Origin: a virus
Virus record (IMG/VR): IMGVR_UViG_3300024262_000017
Location: 58,546 to 122,545 of that record
DNA length: 64,000 nt
Strand: one strand, 5' to 3'
The notes under the pieces were generated by a model. That model had not been told where the DNA came from and did no database searches. It saw nothing but the letters and a program-made list of their open reading frames with translations. A program made the position numbers and the translations under genes. Each line of letters starts with the position of its first letter. Within the stretch, counting starts at the first letter, position 1. Below are positions 47,863 to 57,786 of the stretch, in pieces.

Positions 47863-49008
47863 ATGAATGCCCGCGCTGACTTTGTTTCTCGCTCAACTGG
47901 GCGCGTATTGCTATCAGCATTATTCGACACACCACCAGACGGGCTAAGCCGGAGAGAATGCCAGCGCATCATCACTGTCTTGAAGAACACGAAAGAAAAA
48001 CTGGAAGGCATCTGTGGAACTGACACTGTTCGACTGTCGATAGATGATTATGCGAGCTCCATGTTCTGGTACTTGGTATTTCTGCGGCCTGTCGTGTTCG
48101 ACGCTAATGACCCTTGGTTCAAAGGTGATCCTTGGAGTATCTACGAAATCATCGAAGACGATACTCGGTCACACAAACTCAAAGAGATGAACCTTGGCGT
48201 AGTTTATGATGCTGACCGCAATTGGCTCACTCTCATTTGGGACGAAGCAATCAAGGGTGTGCTTGATGACATGGAGATGTGCCCTTCTTGGAAGCAGGTA
48301 CTCAAAGAACAAGAGAAGCGCACAGGCCAATCAGTCAACACTGATTGGTGGAAGACTTGTGCTCGGAGTCACTCGTTTGCGTTGCCTACTTGGCGCGTGG
48401 CCAAGCACGGTTACCTACGTGGAGTACTGTGGCATCGACCAAAGCTCAGCTATGATGACATTGTTGTTTTTGATTTGAATGGTATCGACTTACCGTTCAT
48501 CAATGACATGGGTAAGGTTGAGTTGCCAACCGCTAAGAAAGCTCGATTCGTTCATTTCTATACAGATGATAAGCGGGAGTTTCAAGCACTGCAAAAAAAT
48601 CTACAGCCACGCAAGTGGAAGGAGCTTCATCGGAGCCGAAGCGCTGCTCGTTCTTACCAAAGACGAGAAGCCCGCAAAGAAAAGAACGCAGAATGGATTC
48701 GAGCTTCCAACGCCATCTACGACATCATCAAGATTGTTGGGGGTGGATACTATGGACGCAGAGCCATGTTCCTTGTCGGCACAGAAGTACGTGCAAAATT
48801 TAATGACCTGGTACGCAGGTTCAATGCTGGAGAGTTACGTATTCTACAACATGACGTCGTTTCGTGGGGGAACATAAATTACGCACTCGCCACATTAGAA
48901 GAGTGTCTCAGAGATGAGCGTGTACCACGTGAGTTTGAGTTATGGTTGCAATGGCGTGACAATGGCGCACTCATTGATGAACTAAACATACCAGATACGG
49001 AGAGATAA
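47863..49008 (+). CDS. Hypothetical protein
   Basis: 381 aa, SD AAGGAGGT. Confidence 0.72.
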   Translation: MNARADFVSRSTGRVLLSALFDTPPDGLSRRECQRIITVLKNTKEKLEGICGTDTVRLSIDDYASSMFWYLVFLRPVVFDANDPWFKGDPWSIYEIIEDDTRSHKLKEMNLGVVYDADRNWLTLIWDEAIKGVLDDMEMCPSWKQVLKEQEKRTGQSVNTDWWKTCARSHSFALPTWRVAKHGYLRGVLWHRPKLSYDDIVVFDLNGIDLPFINDMGKVELPTAKKARFVHFYTDDKREFQALQKNLQPRKWKELHRSRSAARSYQRREARKEKNAEWIRASNAIYDIIKIVGGGYYGRRAMFLVGTEVRAKFNDLVRRFNAGELRILQHDVVSWGNINYALATLEECLRDERVPREFELWLQWRDNGALIDELNIPDTER

Positions 49009-49020
49009 CAAGGAGACAGA

Positions 49021-49830
49021 GTGGGAAAGAAATCCAAGAAACCTTCCAAAGACCTGCAACATCTCAACAAGCACAATAAGTACTTCGAAGAACTCGCTCG
49101 AACTCAAGACAGAAATGAAAAGTACATTGATGCAATTCACTGCGCTTCTTATGATGAGCGGTTTCCTCGAATGTACAAGGTGTTACCTGAGCGGAAGTTC
49201 GGCAAGGCCGAAATACGTCACTTCGATGTAACGCCTGAACAATCAATGATGACTCGCTTGCGAGCACAGTTCAACCCAGATACTCGCTGGCATGGTTACG
49301 TTGCTCCCGGGCGTTACGCCCGCTTGACCATTGATGATGAACTATTCATGACTGATACAGGTTTTGAACGCTGGTCATCTTTTCCTTTACTTGAATACGC
49401 ACACGGAAACGTTCTCATCAGTGGTCTTGGCTTGGGAATGGTCATACTGCCACTCCTCTTGGATAGTTTCGTTCAAAAAATATTCATCGTAGAAAAGGAA
49501 CCAGATGTCGTGGGTTTGGTTGCAGCTCCGCTGAGTAACTTTCTACTCAGAAAATTAGGCACGGAACGACGTCGTTGCGTTGAAGTCTACTGTGGAGACA
49601 TTTGGACTTGGGACAACCCAGACAAACTCATGTTCGATACCATCTTCCACGACATCTGGCCTTCCTTCGGCCCTGACCTGTTACCCGAATTCAAGAAGCT
49701 CAAACGCCGTTACAAAAAATGGCTGAACAAGGGAGGCTGGCAAGGTTGCTGGGCTGAAGATGTTTGCAAACAGCTGGCCCGAGAAAATGAAAAGAAACGT
49801 TTAGAATTCCTAACCTCAAAAACTCAGTAG
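49021..49830 (+). CDS. Class I SAM-dependent methyltransferase (spermidine-synthase-like)
   Basis: NVLISGLGLG, IVEKE, GDIW and FDTIFHDIW motifs. Confidence 0.8.
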   Translation: MGKKSKKPSKDLQHLNKHNKYFEELARTQDRNEKYIDAIHCASYDERFPRMYKVLPERKFGKAEIRHFDVTPEQSMMTRLRAQFNPDTRWHGYVAPGRYARLTIDDELFMTDTGFERWSSFPLLEYAHGNVLISGLGLGMVILPLLLDSFVQKIFIVEKEPDVVGLVAAPLSNFLLRKLGTERRRCVEVYCGDIWTWDNPDKLMFDTIFHDIWPSFGPDLLPEFKKLKRRYKKWLNKGGWQGCWAEDVCKQLARENEKKRLEFLTSKTQ

Positions 49831-49848
49831 AACGAAAGAGAGAACAAA

Positions 49849-50160
49849 ATGACCGTGAAGAAATCGAGCACCAACTCCAGCCCTACCTGCTTTTTCAATC
49901 CCCAGAGTTCCTGCAAAGGGTGCATGGCCTACAAAGACCAGGAGTGCCAGTTGCTGAACCTCGCCGGGATGTTCTTCAGAAACCAAGAAGCCCAGACTGC
50001 AGTGCTGCAGGGCGTCCAGAAAATCCAGAAGGAAACGCTTCCTTTTCTCAAGAAAGTGATTCCCGTGGTTACTCGTCTCATAGATATCAGCGAGAAAGCC
50101 GTGCCGATTATGGAAGCCCAAATGGATGAGGTACTTGAAGACCTCATGAAGGGTCACTAA
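49849..50160 (+). CDS. Hypothetical protein
   Basis: Cys cluster followed by a helical segment. Confidence 0.6.
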   Translation: MTVKKSSTNSSPTCFFNPQSSCKGCMAYKDQECQLLNLAGMFFRNQEAQTAVLQGVQKIQKETLPFLKKVIPVVTRLIDISEKAVPIMEAQMDEVLEDLMKGH

Positions 50161-50381
50161 TGGCTAAAGAGGGCAAAGAAGAAGTTACCCTCACTCTTAC
50201 GCTCACACGTAATGAGTGGTGCGAAGTTGCCAACTGCATTGAGTCGAAGCATCGACTCATTGAACGTGGCGATTACGGCGAAGGCGAAGAAGATGACGAA
50301 AATGAAGAATGGTTGCTCGACCTCGAATCCGCCTATGAAAAAGTAGCCGAAGTTTTAGATAAAAACGGGGTCACTTATTAA
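50160..50381 (+). CDS. Small acidic hypothetical protein
   Basis: TAATG coupling to the upstream gene. Confidence 0.6.
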   Translation: MAKEGKEEVTLTLTLTRNEWCEVANCIESKHRLIERGDYGEGEEDDENEEWLLDLESAYEKVAEVLDKNGVTY

Positions 50382-50420
50382 TCAGAAAACGAGGGGTGTT
50401 TTGGGGTAAAAGGTATTGAG

Positions 50421-50505
50421 CCCAGTGAGCTTCATCTACCTCCTCCGGGGATGGAGCTTACTGGGAATTACTCCGTGCATGGTTCGCGCCGTGCACGGAG
50501 TTTTT
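50421..50505 (+). ncRNA. Two-hairpin structured leader/sRNA ending in a terminator-like stem
   Basis: 16-bp stem 50421-50465 with CCTCC loop, then 13-bp stem 50470-50501 plus T-run. Confidence 0.5.
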
Positions 50506-50538
50506 ACTTACCCAATACCGGAGGCCGGAGGCAACACC

Positions 50539-50982
50539 ATGGCATCAAAAAGAGAAATGACGACTCCCCAGATCACCACAGTACAAGAAGCAGACCGTAA
50601 AGAAGGTCTGCTGCAAAAGCTCGGAAGAGGAAGCCGGAAGGTAGGGGCGGCGTTTGTAGTTGCCGCCTTCTCGGTAGTGTTGGGGGCCGTCATCGGGGCC
50701 GTGGCGCTGGTCAGCGCTATGACCCCTCTGACACCTGCCCAAGCCGCGGCGAAGGCCGCAGCTACGTACCAAGAAAGGTTCGCCGAAGCTGCAGAGCTTC
50801 TTGAAATTTATCCGGAGGAGTTGCAAGTCCGGCTTGGCAAGCCGGACAAAATCGAGGGCGAGCTGGAGAAGCTCGCTGAAGTACAGGAGAAGGTGGTAGA
50901 GAATAGTAAGGCCCTGGCAATGGGCCTAAATATTCTCCCTCCCCCCAAGGAAAGTCGTTGGTACAATCCCTGGAGTTGGTAA
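50539..50982 (+). CDS. Membrane protein
   Basis: SD GGAGG, TM helix, C-terminal WYNPWSW. Confidence 0.68.
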   Translation: MASKREMTTPQITTVQEADRKEGLLQKLGRGSRKVGAAFVVAAFSVVLGAVIGAVALVSAMTPLTPAQAAAKAAATYQERFAEAAELLEIYPEELQVRLGKPDKIEGELEKLAEVQEKVVENSKALAMGLNILPPPKESRWYNPWSW

Positions 50983-50992
50983 GGCGTTTCGT

Positions 50993-51030
50993 CGAGAACC
51001 CTACGAAAGTAGGGTTCTCGTTTCTTTTTT
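50993..51030 (+). terminator. Intrinsic terminator
   Basis: CGAGAACCCTAC-GAAA-GTAGGGTTCTCG plus T-rich tail. Confidence 0.85.
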
Positions 51031-51056
51031 ACCTAAGACTAAGACTCGGAGGAAGC

Positions 51057-51368
51057 ATGCTCATTTTTATCTGCCCGAACTGCAGCAGGTTCGGGGCCAT
51101 CCCCACACCAAAAGAAGCCAGCAAGATTGCCTGTCCGCATTGCAAAGAAGCAGACATCGACTGGCTTGGCCGGCCTGACTTAGAGGACCCCAAAGGCAAA
51201 GGGGTGTTCATTGATGGGCTCATGCGCTCAATTGAATCGCTTACAATGCAAACGTTGGCAACCGCTTATAAGCGATACGACGACAAACGAGCCTCGGCGA
51301 CCAACACGATTGCCCTGCTCGAAAGTTGTGAAAGCGTATTGCGCGACCTACTTGTCAAAATGAAATAA
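51057..51368 (+). CDS. Zinc-ribbon protein
   Basis: CPNC...CPHC, SD GGAGG. Confidence 0.65.
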   Translation: MLIFICPNCSRFGAIPTPKEASKIACPHCKEADIDWLGRPDLEDPKGKGVFIDGLMRSIESLTMQTLATAYKRYDDKRASATNTIALLESCESVLRDLLVKMK

Positions 51369-51378
51369 GGAGATACTC

Positions 51379-51648
51379 ATGGCACTTGGAACAACAGTAT
51401 TGTTTTCTGGACTTGCAGGTGCCGGAACCACTGGCGCCGCACTTGGCATCGGCTCCGCGGCGATTGCATGGCCTGTCTCTAATTTCGGAGGGTATGCGCT
51501 CGCCCAGGTTTTGTTCGGGGGAGGACCCGCTCTCTCCGCCCTCATTGCCTGCGTGGGTGGACCCCTTATCGCGGGGGGGATTTTGGCTGGTATCATTGGA
51601 GTGCTCGCAGCAGGGCTTACAGCGTTATTTCACTTGGTGCTTTTATGA
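51379..51648 (+). CDS. Small Gly/Ala-rich hydrophobic membrane protein
   Basis: SD AAGGAG, almost no charged residues. Confidence 0.62.
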   Translation: MALGTTVLFSGLAGAGTTGAALGIGSAAIAWPVSNFGGYALAQVLFGGGPALSALIACVGGPLIAGGILAGIIGVLAAGLTALFHLVLL

Positions 51649-51851
51649 AACAACCAAGTATGAAGCTACGCTGGAAACAAAAAGGACACCACATCCACGT
51701 TACCGTGTTTATGGGAGTAGATGATGAACACTTGGTATGTTCAGGAAACCTTGTGCTCATCCTCCCTGATTGGGATCGCCTCAAGGCTATTCTGTTAGAG
51801 GGCAATGACCCAAACAAATGCAATCTGCATTTTTCGGAGGACCTGCAATAA
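51645..51851 (+). CDS. Hypothetical protein
   Basis: ATGA coupling. Confidence 0.55.
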   Translation: MKQPSMKLRWKQKGHHIHVTVFMGVDDEHLVCSGNLVLILPDWDRLKAILLEGNDPNKCNLHFSEDLQ

Positions 51852-52336
51852 TGGCCAACAACTACACAATGTTCTCTGAAGGCATTGAAGATTTGACACC
51901 GGAAGAGAAAGAATGGATCAACAACATCCCCACCCGAGAAGATTTTGAAGACAGCTCTTTGTATTCTGACGATGATTGGGACAAAGGGTTCATCCAAGCT
52001 CTCAAAGATTACGGGTTGGATACCAACGACGTCGAAGACACAATAGACGATTTTCCGTATTTTGAACACCTCATTCAAGAAAATCTTTGGTGGTTGTACG
52101 CGGAGGAGTCTGTCTACTTTGAACACGTCGCCTGCTTGGTTCAAGCGTTCATCAAGAAATTTCGACCAGACTACATCTTCAAAATCACTTGGTGCGAATA
52201 CTGCGATAAGCCACGTATTGGAGAGTTTGGGGGTGGTTGGGTCGTGGTTTCCAAAGATGAAATCATCTACGGAAATGCATACAAAGAAGTAGATGAAATC
52301 ACAGAGGCTCTCAAAACTGGGAACTTCAAGTGTTGA
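51851..52336 (+). CDS. Hypothetical acidic protein
   Basis: Start MANNYT, SD GGAGG, KPRIGEFGGG motif. Confidence 0.68.
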   Translation: MANNYTMFSEGIEDLTPEEKEWINNIPTREDFEDSSLYSDDDWDKGFIQALKDYGLDTNDVEDTIDDFPYFEHLIQENLWWLYAEESVYFEHVACLVQAFIKKFRPDYIFKITWCEYCDKPRIGEFGGGWVVVSKDEIIYGNAYKEVDEITEALKTGNFKC

Positions 52337-52345
52337 GGAGAAAAG

Positions 52346-52588
52346 ATGAGCCACTACTACCGAATCGAAGATGAAGAGGAAGCATCTTTCGTTGGAGGAG
52401 GGAATGGAAATCTGCATGGGGAGAGTGGGCTAGAGTTTACGCATCGGTTCACGAAAGCCATCTGGAAAGCCAACAAGGCATTCTGTGCAGTGGAAGTGAC
52501 TGTCACTGATTTAGAAAACTCACCATATGAAACACACGAGCTTAATGAAGTCGCTTACAACGCGTGGAAGGAGAGGTCCGATGATTGA
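52346..52588 (+). CDS. Hypothetical protein
   Basis: SD GAGGAG. Confidence 0.62.
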   Translation: MSHYYRIEDEEEASFVGGGNGNLHGESGLEFTHRFTKAIWKANKAFCAVEVTVTDLENSPYETHELNEVAYNAWKERSDD

Positions 52589-52979
52589 AGAATATGGAAA
52601 TTGTCCTCTGTGTGGTTTTAGCTTCAAGAATGAGGAGGACAACGCGCGCTGCCCAAGCTGCCACGTTCTTGTGTATAAGTGTTTTCCACTCGTTCGTTTA
52701 TCCCGTGCCTGGTTCTGGGAGTTTTCTGACCAAGGACGTCAGGAACTCCTGATAGCGTGGGGAAAACGACATGACAAAAATAAGTATCACGTTACGGGAA
52801 TCGTAGAGACGACACATGAACTCGTAGTTAACGATGTCATCGAGGCTGAAGATGAAGACATGGCATCTCAGCTGGCCATGAGTAATGCCATTGAAGAAAA
52901 TAACGTAGATCAGGATTCCATCAGTTACGACTGGGTCAAGGGTGGACCTCAGGTAGCGCTTATTAAAGGAGACACATAG
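52581..52979 (+). CDS. Zinc-ribbon-containing hypothetical protein
   Basis: CPLC...CPSC, SD GAGG. Confidence 0.62.
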   Translation: MIEEYGNCPLCGFSFKNEEDNARCPSCHVLVYKCFPLVRLSRAWFWEFSDQGRQELLIAWGKRHDKNKYHVTGIVETTHELVVNDVIEAEDEDMASQLAMSNAIEENNVDQDSISYDWVKGGPQVALIKGDT

Positions 52980-53630
52980 ATGGACGAAAACCTGGTAGAG
53001 GCATACGAACACGCAGGTCTCAAGGTCCGCATTGAATACGACCCGATGGCACACGAGATAAATCCACGAACCGAATGGGACAACTTCGGTACAATGGTGT
53101 GCTTTCACAAACGTTATGACCTTGGGGACAAACACGACTGGAAATCAGACCACTACAATGGGTGGGACGAAGTTTACAAAATGTTGGTCGATGAAGCAGA
53201 CGCAGCTGTCATCCGACCGTTGTACATGTTTGACCATGGAGGCCTCACCGTTTCTATGGGCAAGACACTTTTTCAACAAGTTGACGCTGACGGATGGGAT
53301 TGGGGTCAGATTGGTTTCATCTACATAACCCGCCAAAAACTGCTGGCGGAGTTTTCGCGGGTACGAATCACAGACAAGTTGGTAGAACGCGTCGTAGAAA
53401 TTTTCCAAGGTGAAGTCGAAACTTACGACCAATACCTTCGAGGCGAAGCGTATGCGTTCATGGTTGGCGATGACGATGATGATTGTCTGGAAACCTGCTG
53501 TGGTTTTTACACAGTAGAACACTGCAAAGAAGAGGCAGAATCCACGGCTGAGTACATTATGGCTAACCGGCAGAAAGCTGCAGCACAGTTGTTGGCTGCG
53601 CAAGCAGCGATGCCTTGCTGTTTGCCTTAG
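52980..53630 (+). CDS. Phage hypothetical protein
   Basis: NPR.EWDN.GTMVCFHKRY.LGD, WD.GQIGFIY and YDQYLRGE motifs. SD AAGGAG. Confidence 0.75.
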   Translation: MDENLVEAYEHAGLKVRIEYDPMAHEINPRTEWDNFGTMVCFHKRYDLGDKHDWKSDHYNGWDEVYKMLVDEADAAVIRPLYMFDHGGLTVSMGKTLFQQVDADGWDWGQIGFIYITRQKLLAEFSRVRITDKLVERVVEIFQGEVETYDQYLRGEAYAFMVGDDDDDCLETCCGFYTVEHCKEEAESTAEYIMANRQKAAAQLLAAQAAMPCCLP

Positions 53631-53637
53631 AGGAACC

Positions 53638-54123
53638 ATGTCTAGTCGAGCTAAAAAAAAGAATCGAACCCATGACGCGCACAGCGCCAACATTCCATCA
53701 ACGGAGGAAACAATGAATCAAACGTTCAGCAACACGCAAACCAGCAGCCCCTTCCAATACCAACCGTCGTCATCAATGATGCCCAGCAATGTCGACCCGG
53801 GTCTCGTTGACCAACAGACAACCAAGTTTCTGCTGAAAAACAAGTTGTACACCTTCAGCGCCGCCATCATTGCATTGTTGTCGGTGGTGTTGTTGTTCGG
53901 CATCAAGTACGCCGACGACTTAGACATCGAAGACTGGGCCGAAGACCCCATCGTAAGCGTGCTCGCTTACGGTGGATTGATTGCGGCGTTCTTTCTGTGG
54001 CGCCAAGCTGAAAAACACATGGAAGAATTGAAGGGCATGGTTCACATGCTCAGAAACTACTACGCTCACCGTGAAGGGCAAATCTCTCGCGGTGAGATTG
54101 AATTCATCAAAAAAGCAGCGTAA
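53638..54123 (+). CDS. Two-TM membrane protein
   Basis: Two hydrophobic helices. Confidence 0.65.
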   Translation: MSSRAKKKNRTHDAHSANIPSTEETMNQTFSNTQTSSPFQYQPSSSMMPSNVDPGLVDQQTTKFLLKNKLYTFSAAIIALLSVVLLFGIKYADDLDIEDWAEDPIVSVLAYGGLIAAFFLWRQAEKHMEELKGMVHMLRNYYAHREGQISRGEIEFIKKAA

Positions 54124-54144
54124 AGCGGTACACATGTGATAAGT

Positions 54145-54177
54145 GAGTGGCGTCCAAAGGACGCCGCTCATTTTTTT
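54145..54177 (+). terminator. Intrinsic terminator
   Basis: GAGTGGCGTCC/GGACGCCGCTC plus T-run. Confidence 0.7.
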
Positions 54178-54205
54178 AGATACCAACCAATGAGGAGATT
54201 TTCAC

Positions 54206-54580
54206 ATGACCGACACACCCGCAGAAAAACCCAGCTTCAAATTGCAGAAGATTCGAGTATTCTTAGCAGAGCATCCCAGCAACAAGGGAGAAGCCATCGT
54301 CACCATCAACACACCTCAGGGTGTCATGCCCCTCATTGCTGTTGATGAAAAACAGTATGCGGCCTTTTGCGCTGCTGCCCAGGACATGGCCAACGGTAGT
54401 GGGATGTCCATCCACGTAGCCGAGTTCAACAATCGAGTTGAGGGGCAAGTTTTCGAGCGTCAGCTTGTTGTGGTGCCTGGTCTCAACCTCAATGTCAACC
54501 CAGCTGTTGAAGGCGCCTTCAAGAACACCAAGAAGATAGGTGATGGTGGTTTCAAAATTGGGGACAAGAAGAAGTCTTAG
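54206..54580 (+). CDS. Hypothetical protein
   Basis: SD GAGGAG. Confidence 0.68.
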   Translation: MTDTPAEKPSFKLQKIRVFLAEHPSNKGEAIVTINTPQGVMPLIAVDEKQYAAFCAAAQDMANGSGMSIHVAEFNNRVEGQVFERQLVVVPGLNLNVNPAVEGAFKNTKKIGDGGFKIGDKKKS

Positions 54581-54602
54581 CTAAAAAAAGGGCCTTGCGG
54601 CC

Positions 54603-54821
54603 CTAGTTGAATTGATTGAAGTATGCCCAGGACTTGGGCTGAGGCACGGGGTAAGGGTTGAGGTGGAACGCAAAATAGTCTGGCGCCACCTCATGTTGGA
54701 GGCCATCATTGTACCGCATGGTGATGAGGTGTTCTTCAACACAAGCGATGAAAACCTCATTCACCGAGCCATCCCACTCGGTGATGCGGTACCTTTGCCC
54801 CTCGGCAGGATAGAGAGTCAT
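54603..54821 (-). CDS. Hypothetical protein
   Basis: Start MTLYPAEG, ATGA-coupled to the upstream minus-strand ORF and followed by a minus-strand terminator-like hairpin at about 54583-54603. Confidence 0.5.
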   Translation of the reverse strand: MTLYPAEGQRYRITEWDGSVNEVFIACVEEHLITMRYNDGLQHEVAPDYFAFHLNPYPVPQPKSWAYFNQFN

Positions 54822-55270
54822 TGCAGCACGAACCCATCCCCATCGCAATGGGGACAGTCCTCATCTCCCCCACCTGCACAGTGCAGACAAGGGGAGACAT
54901 CCGCGTTGTGGATAATCACAACGCGGCCATCCGCTTCGGCCATTTCCCGCATGAGGCGGGATTTGGGCTCGCAGTCCGGGTGGTAGACCGGGGTGGGGGC
55001 GGGCCGCACAATGGCGGGCAACTCTTCGCCCACCGGCAGCAATCTGAGCCGGGGATGATACCTTTCAAACTGTTTCCCCGTCCCTTTGGGTCCGTACAGC
55101 CTGTCGATTGCCTCGACAGGTATTCGGACCAGGAAGTACTGGCGGTCAAACATTTCAACCGCCAACCAGTCTTCCAACCTGTATGCGAAAACCACAACAC
55201 CCTTATTTTGAATAAGGACGTCGTGGTCAATAGCTACTAACCCCGAAAGGTTGAGCAGCCTTTCGACCAT
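54818..55270 (-). CDS. Protein with DnaJ-type CxxCxGxG zinc finger
   Basis: CLHCAGGG..DCPHCDGDG. Start position uncertain. Confidence 0.55.
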   Translation of the reverse strand: MVERLLNLSGLVAIDHDVLIQNKGVVVFAYRLEDWLAVEMFDRQYFLVRIPVEAIDRLYGPKGTGKQFERYHPRLRLLPVGEELPAIVRPAPTPVYHPDCEPKSRLMREMAEADGRVVIIHNADVSPCLHCAGGGDEDCPHCDGDGFVLQ

Positions 55271-55466
55271 ACCCGCCGTCAACGGCGTGATGCGGGTATA
55301 GTCCGTGGGATAACAAACTTCTACCCGCAACTGCGGGCGGATGTTTTTGTGGTGGGACAGAGCGTCCCACAACAATGATACGAATTGTGTGTATACCATT
55401 TTTCCTCCGGGAAAATATGGAAGGATAATTCCTTCAACTCCTTATACCTCACAAGGGAGGTGCTTT

Positions 55467-56669
55467 TTGACTCTTCAACACATCAGCAAAAACAACGTCG
55501 AGCTCATGCTTTCATTGGGAACAAAGTGGGCCAAGCTGGTGGGAGGCATCTCAGCTGGTACCTTTACCCGAGTACAATTGGCTCAGAATTTACGTGACCT
55601 CCGTGGACTGTTTCAAACCATGCTCAATCTGTTCATGCTGCAGCTGAGTCTGGATCATGCAGGCCGAGTAAACATGAACGATAGATGTCGTCTAAGAGTG
55701 TGTCCCGATTGTCCTGACAAGTTCATCTGTCTCACCGAAAACATCGCTGCAGTGTTGCGTTGCCGGCAGTGTGGGGTGAAAAGGTTTTACACTGTAAACA
55801 CGCGGAATGGGAAACTATTTACCTCAGAACAAGAAGTTTATACAGGTAGTGATACTGGTTGCCCGTTGGCTGTCTGTTCAGGGCATTGCATAACCTGTGG
55901 GCACATCGAACCTGAACGAGCTTTTGCGTTAGAAAACTGGTTGATGGATGAGTATCAACATGCTGTGCGGTTCACGCCAGGATTGGGAGAAAAGCTAAAT
56001 ATCTTAGTGGACAATAGGGTTGGTGTGCAACCACTGCATACTCAGTATAAGCAACAAGCTGCTTTACACTACGGACAATACTATTCTCCCTTAACCAGAA
56101 TTACAAAACACTCAATGAACACTGGTCGCTTGGTGCAACTCATGGTGAGGTCAGCGCAACCCAGTTTCATGACCATAGCGGATTTCGTTGACCTCCTTGA
56201 CCCAGAGCCTGAGGTGTTTCGTGGTTTCGATGTTGAGAAGTACCGTTCTGAGAAAAGCAAAGGTTTTCCTCCAGAATTGATTGAGTATTTGAAAAGTGTG
56301 GATAGTGACCCAACAATAGTGGGTGCTCGTCCAGCAATAGTAGGTGACGGCCCAGCAGCCGGGAGTGCAGCGTTTCACCATTTGGCCTTGTGCTGGACAT
56401 CACCTATGTTCAAAATCGAAAGCGCCCTCTCTGTTCGTGACAAAGATGATTTTCTATTCATGGCCCATGACTCAATGTCCCAAGCTGAAGCAAGCAATCG
56501 TATCCTGCTAACAACACCCGACTACGCAGCTGAAGAAGCGTACACCCGTCAAATCAGAGACCTGATATGGAAGAGAGAGAAATTCGACACCTGTGTTTCT
56601 TTGGCTAACTACAACAAGTTATTCCAAGCCAACTTGCCAGAGCTAGATGACCCCGAAAAACAAAAGTGA
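55467..56669 (+). CDS. Hypothetical Cys-rich protein
   Basis: TTG start after GGGAGG. CPDC, CRQC and CITC motifs. Confidence 0.68.
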   Translation: MTLQHISKNNVELMLSLGTKWAKLVGGISAGTFTRVQLAQNLRDLRGLFQTMLNLFMLQLSLDHAGRVNMNDRCRLRVCPDCPDKFICLTENIAAVLRCRQCGVKRFYTVNTRNGKLFTSEQEVYTGSDTGCPLAVCSGHCITCGHIEPERAFALENWLMDEYQHAVRFTPGLGEKLNILVDNRVGVQPLHTQYKQQAALHYGQYYSPLTRITKHSMNTGRLVQLMVRSAQPSFMTIADFVDLLDPEPEVFRGFDVEKYRSEKSKGFPPELIEYLKSVDSDPTIVGARPAIVGDGPAAGSAAFHHLALCWTSPMFKIESALSVRDKDDFLFMAHDSMSQAEASNRILLTTPDYAAEEAYTRQIRDLIWKREKFDTCVSLANYNKLFQANLPELDDPEKQK

Positions 56670-56726
56670 TTGTGTAGATAGGTTATGTGTCCTATTATTT
56701 CAGAGACTCGCCTTCAAAGGAGCTAA

Positions 56727-57179
56727 GTGATGAGCATCTTAGACCAAGCTTACCGTGCCGGCGCTGAAGCAGCGTTTGAGAAAATGGCAGCACCTTCTCG
56801 AAACATGGATGTTGCCACTCGGGTCGGGACTGGGCTGTTGGGCGCAGGCCTGGGTTCTGGTGCAGGAATGCTGGGCGCCAATATGGGTGAGGTAGAAGAC
56901 CCGCGCTTGGCTGGGGCCATCATGGGTGGCAGCACAGCCCTGGGTGCAGGGCTTGGCGCTTATGCTCCGAATGCTACTGCCGGAGTTGCAGGTGGTTTGG
57001 GTGGTGGAGTATTGGGCACTGTAGGCGGAGAAGCTTTGGGTGACTTCCTTGCAGAACGGTTTGGTTGGGATGAGCACAAGAGTCAGGACATAGCTGGTCG
57101 TATTGGTCGTATCGGTGGTCTCATAGGTGGCAGCCAACTTGGTTACCGCGGGATGAAAGCGCTTCGAGGAGACAAGTAA
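56727..57179 (+). CDS. Gly-zipper protein, AYxxG-leader family
   Basis: DQAYRAGAEAAFEKMAA leader, GxxxG repeats, C-terminal GYRGMKALR. Confidence 0.8.
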   Translation: MMSILDQAYRAGAEAAFEKMAAPSRNMDVATRVGTGLLGAGLGSGAGMLGANMGEVEDPRLAGAIMGGSTALGAGLGAYAPNATAGVAGGLGGGVLGTVGGEALGDFLAERFGWDEHKSQDIAGRIGRIGGLIGGSQLGYRGMKALRGDK

Positions 57180-57180
57180 A

Positions 57181-57786
57181 ATGCAGACAGCTTATCAAGC
57201 AGGCAGAGCTTATGCCTTTTCTAAGTTAAGTGGTGTCGTGGGTAGCACTGCAAAGAAGGCCTTAAAGCAGGTACACAAACCTCTCCATTTTGCAGGGCAT
57301 CAAACAGCACATCGCCAGGCACATCATGCATTGCTTCCCGGAGAAAAAACGGGAAGCGAGGGTCCTGGTGTCGGTGCTCGCATTGCTGGTGGACTTGGCG
57401 GCGCGATGGCTGGTGGACTTGGTGGCGCTGTTGCAGGGCATCAACTGTCTGAAGAGCCCCACCCTTATTATGGTAAACCGGGTGCTCTCGGTGCACTCTT
57501 AGGAATGCCCTCTTACGCCCGTGCCCGACAAACACGAGACAACAACATGGCTACAGGTGCAGGCCTTGGTGCAACAGCAGGTGCTGTCGGAGGAGCTTTG
57601 GCGCCCACCGTTGGAACCACGATGGGCGGTGCTGCCCTGGGTGGGCTCGGCGGTTCTTTGGGAGCCGGGATACTCGCAGACAACCTGGACTCTGATTACA
57701 CGAAAGAAATCGCTGCAGGTGGTGGATTACTTGGAGCTCTTGGTGGCGCATACGGCGGATACCGACTAGGGAAAGGGTTGTCATGA
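57181..57786 (+). CDS. Gly-zipper protein, AYxxG-leader family
   Basis: TAYQAGRAYAFSKLSG leader, GxxxG repeats. Confidence 0.8.
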   Translation: MQTAYQAGRAYAFSKLSGVVGSTAKKALKQVHKPLHFAGHQTAHRQAHHALLPGEKTGSEGPGVGARIAGGLGGAMAGGLGGAVAGHQLSEEPHPYYGKPGALGALLGMPSYARARQTRDNNMATGAGLGATAGAVGGALAPTVGTTMGGAALGGLGGSLGAGILADNLDSDYTKEIAAGGGLLGALGGAYGGYRLGKGLS

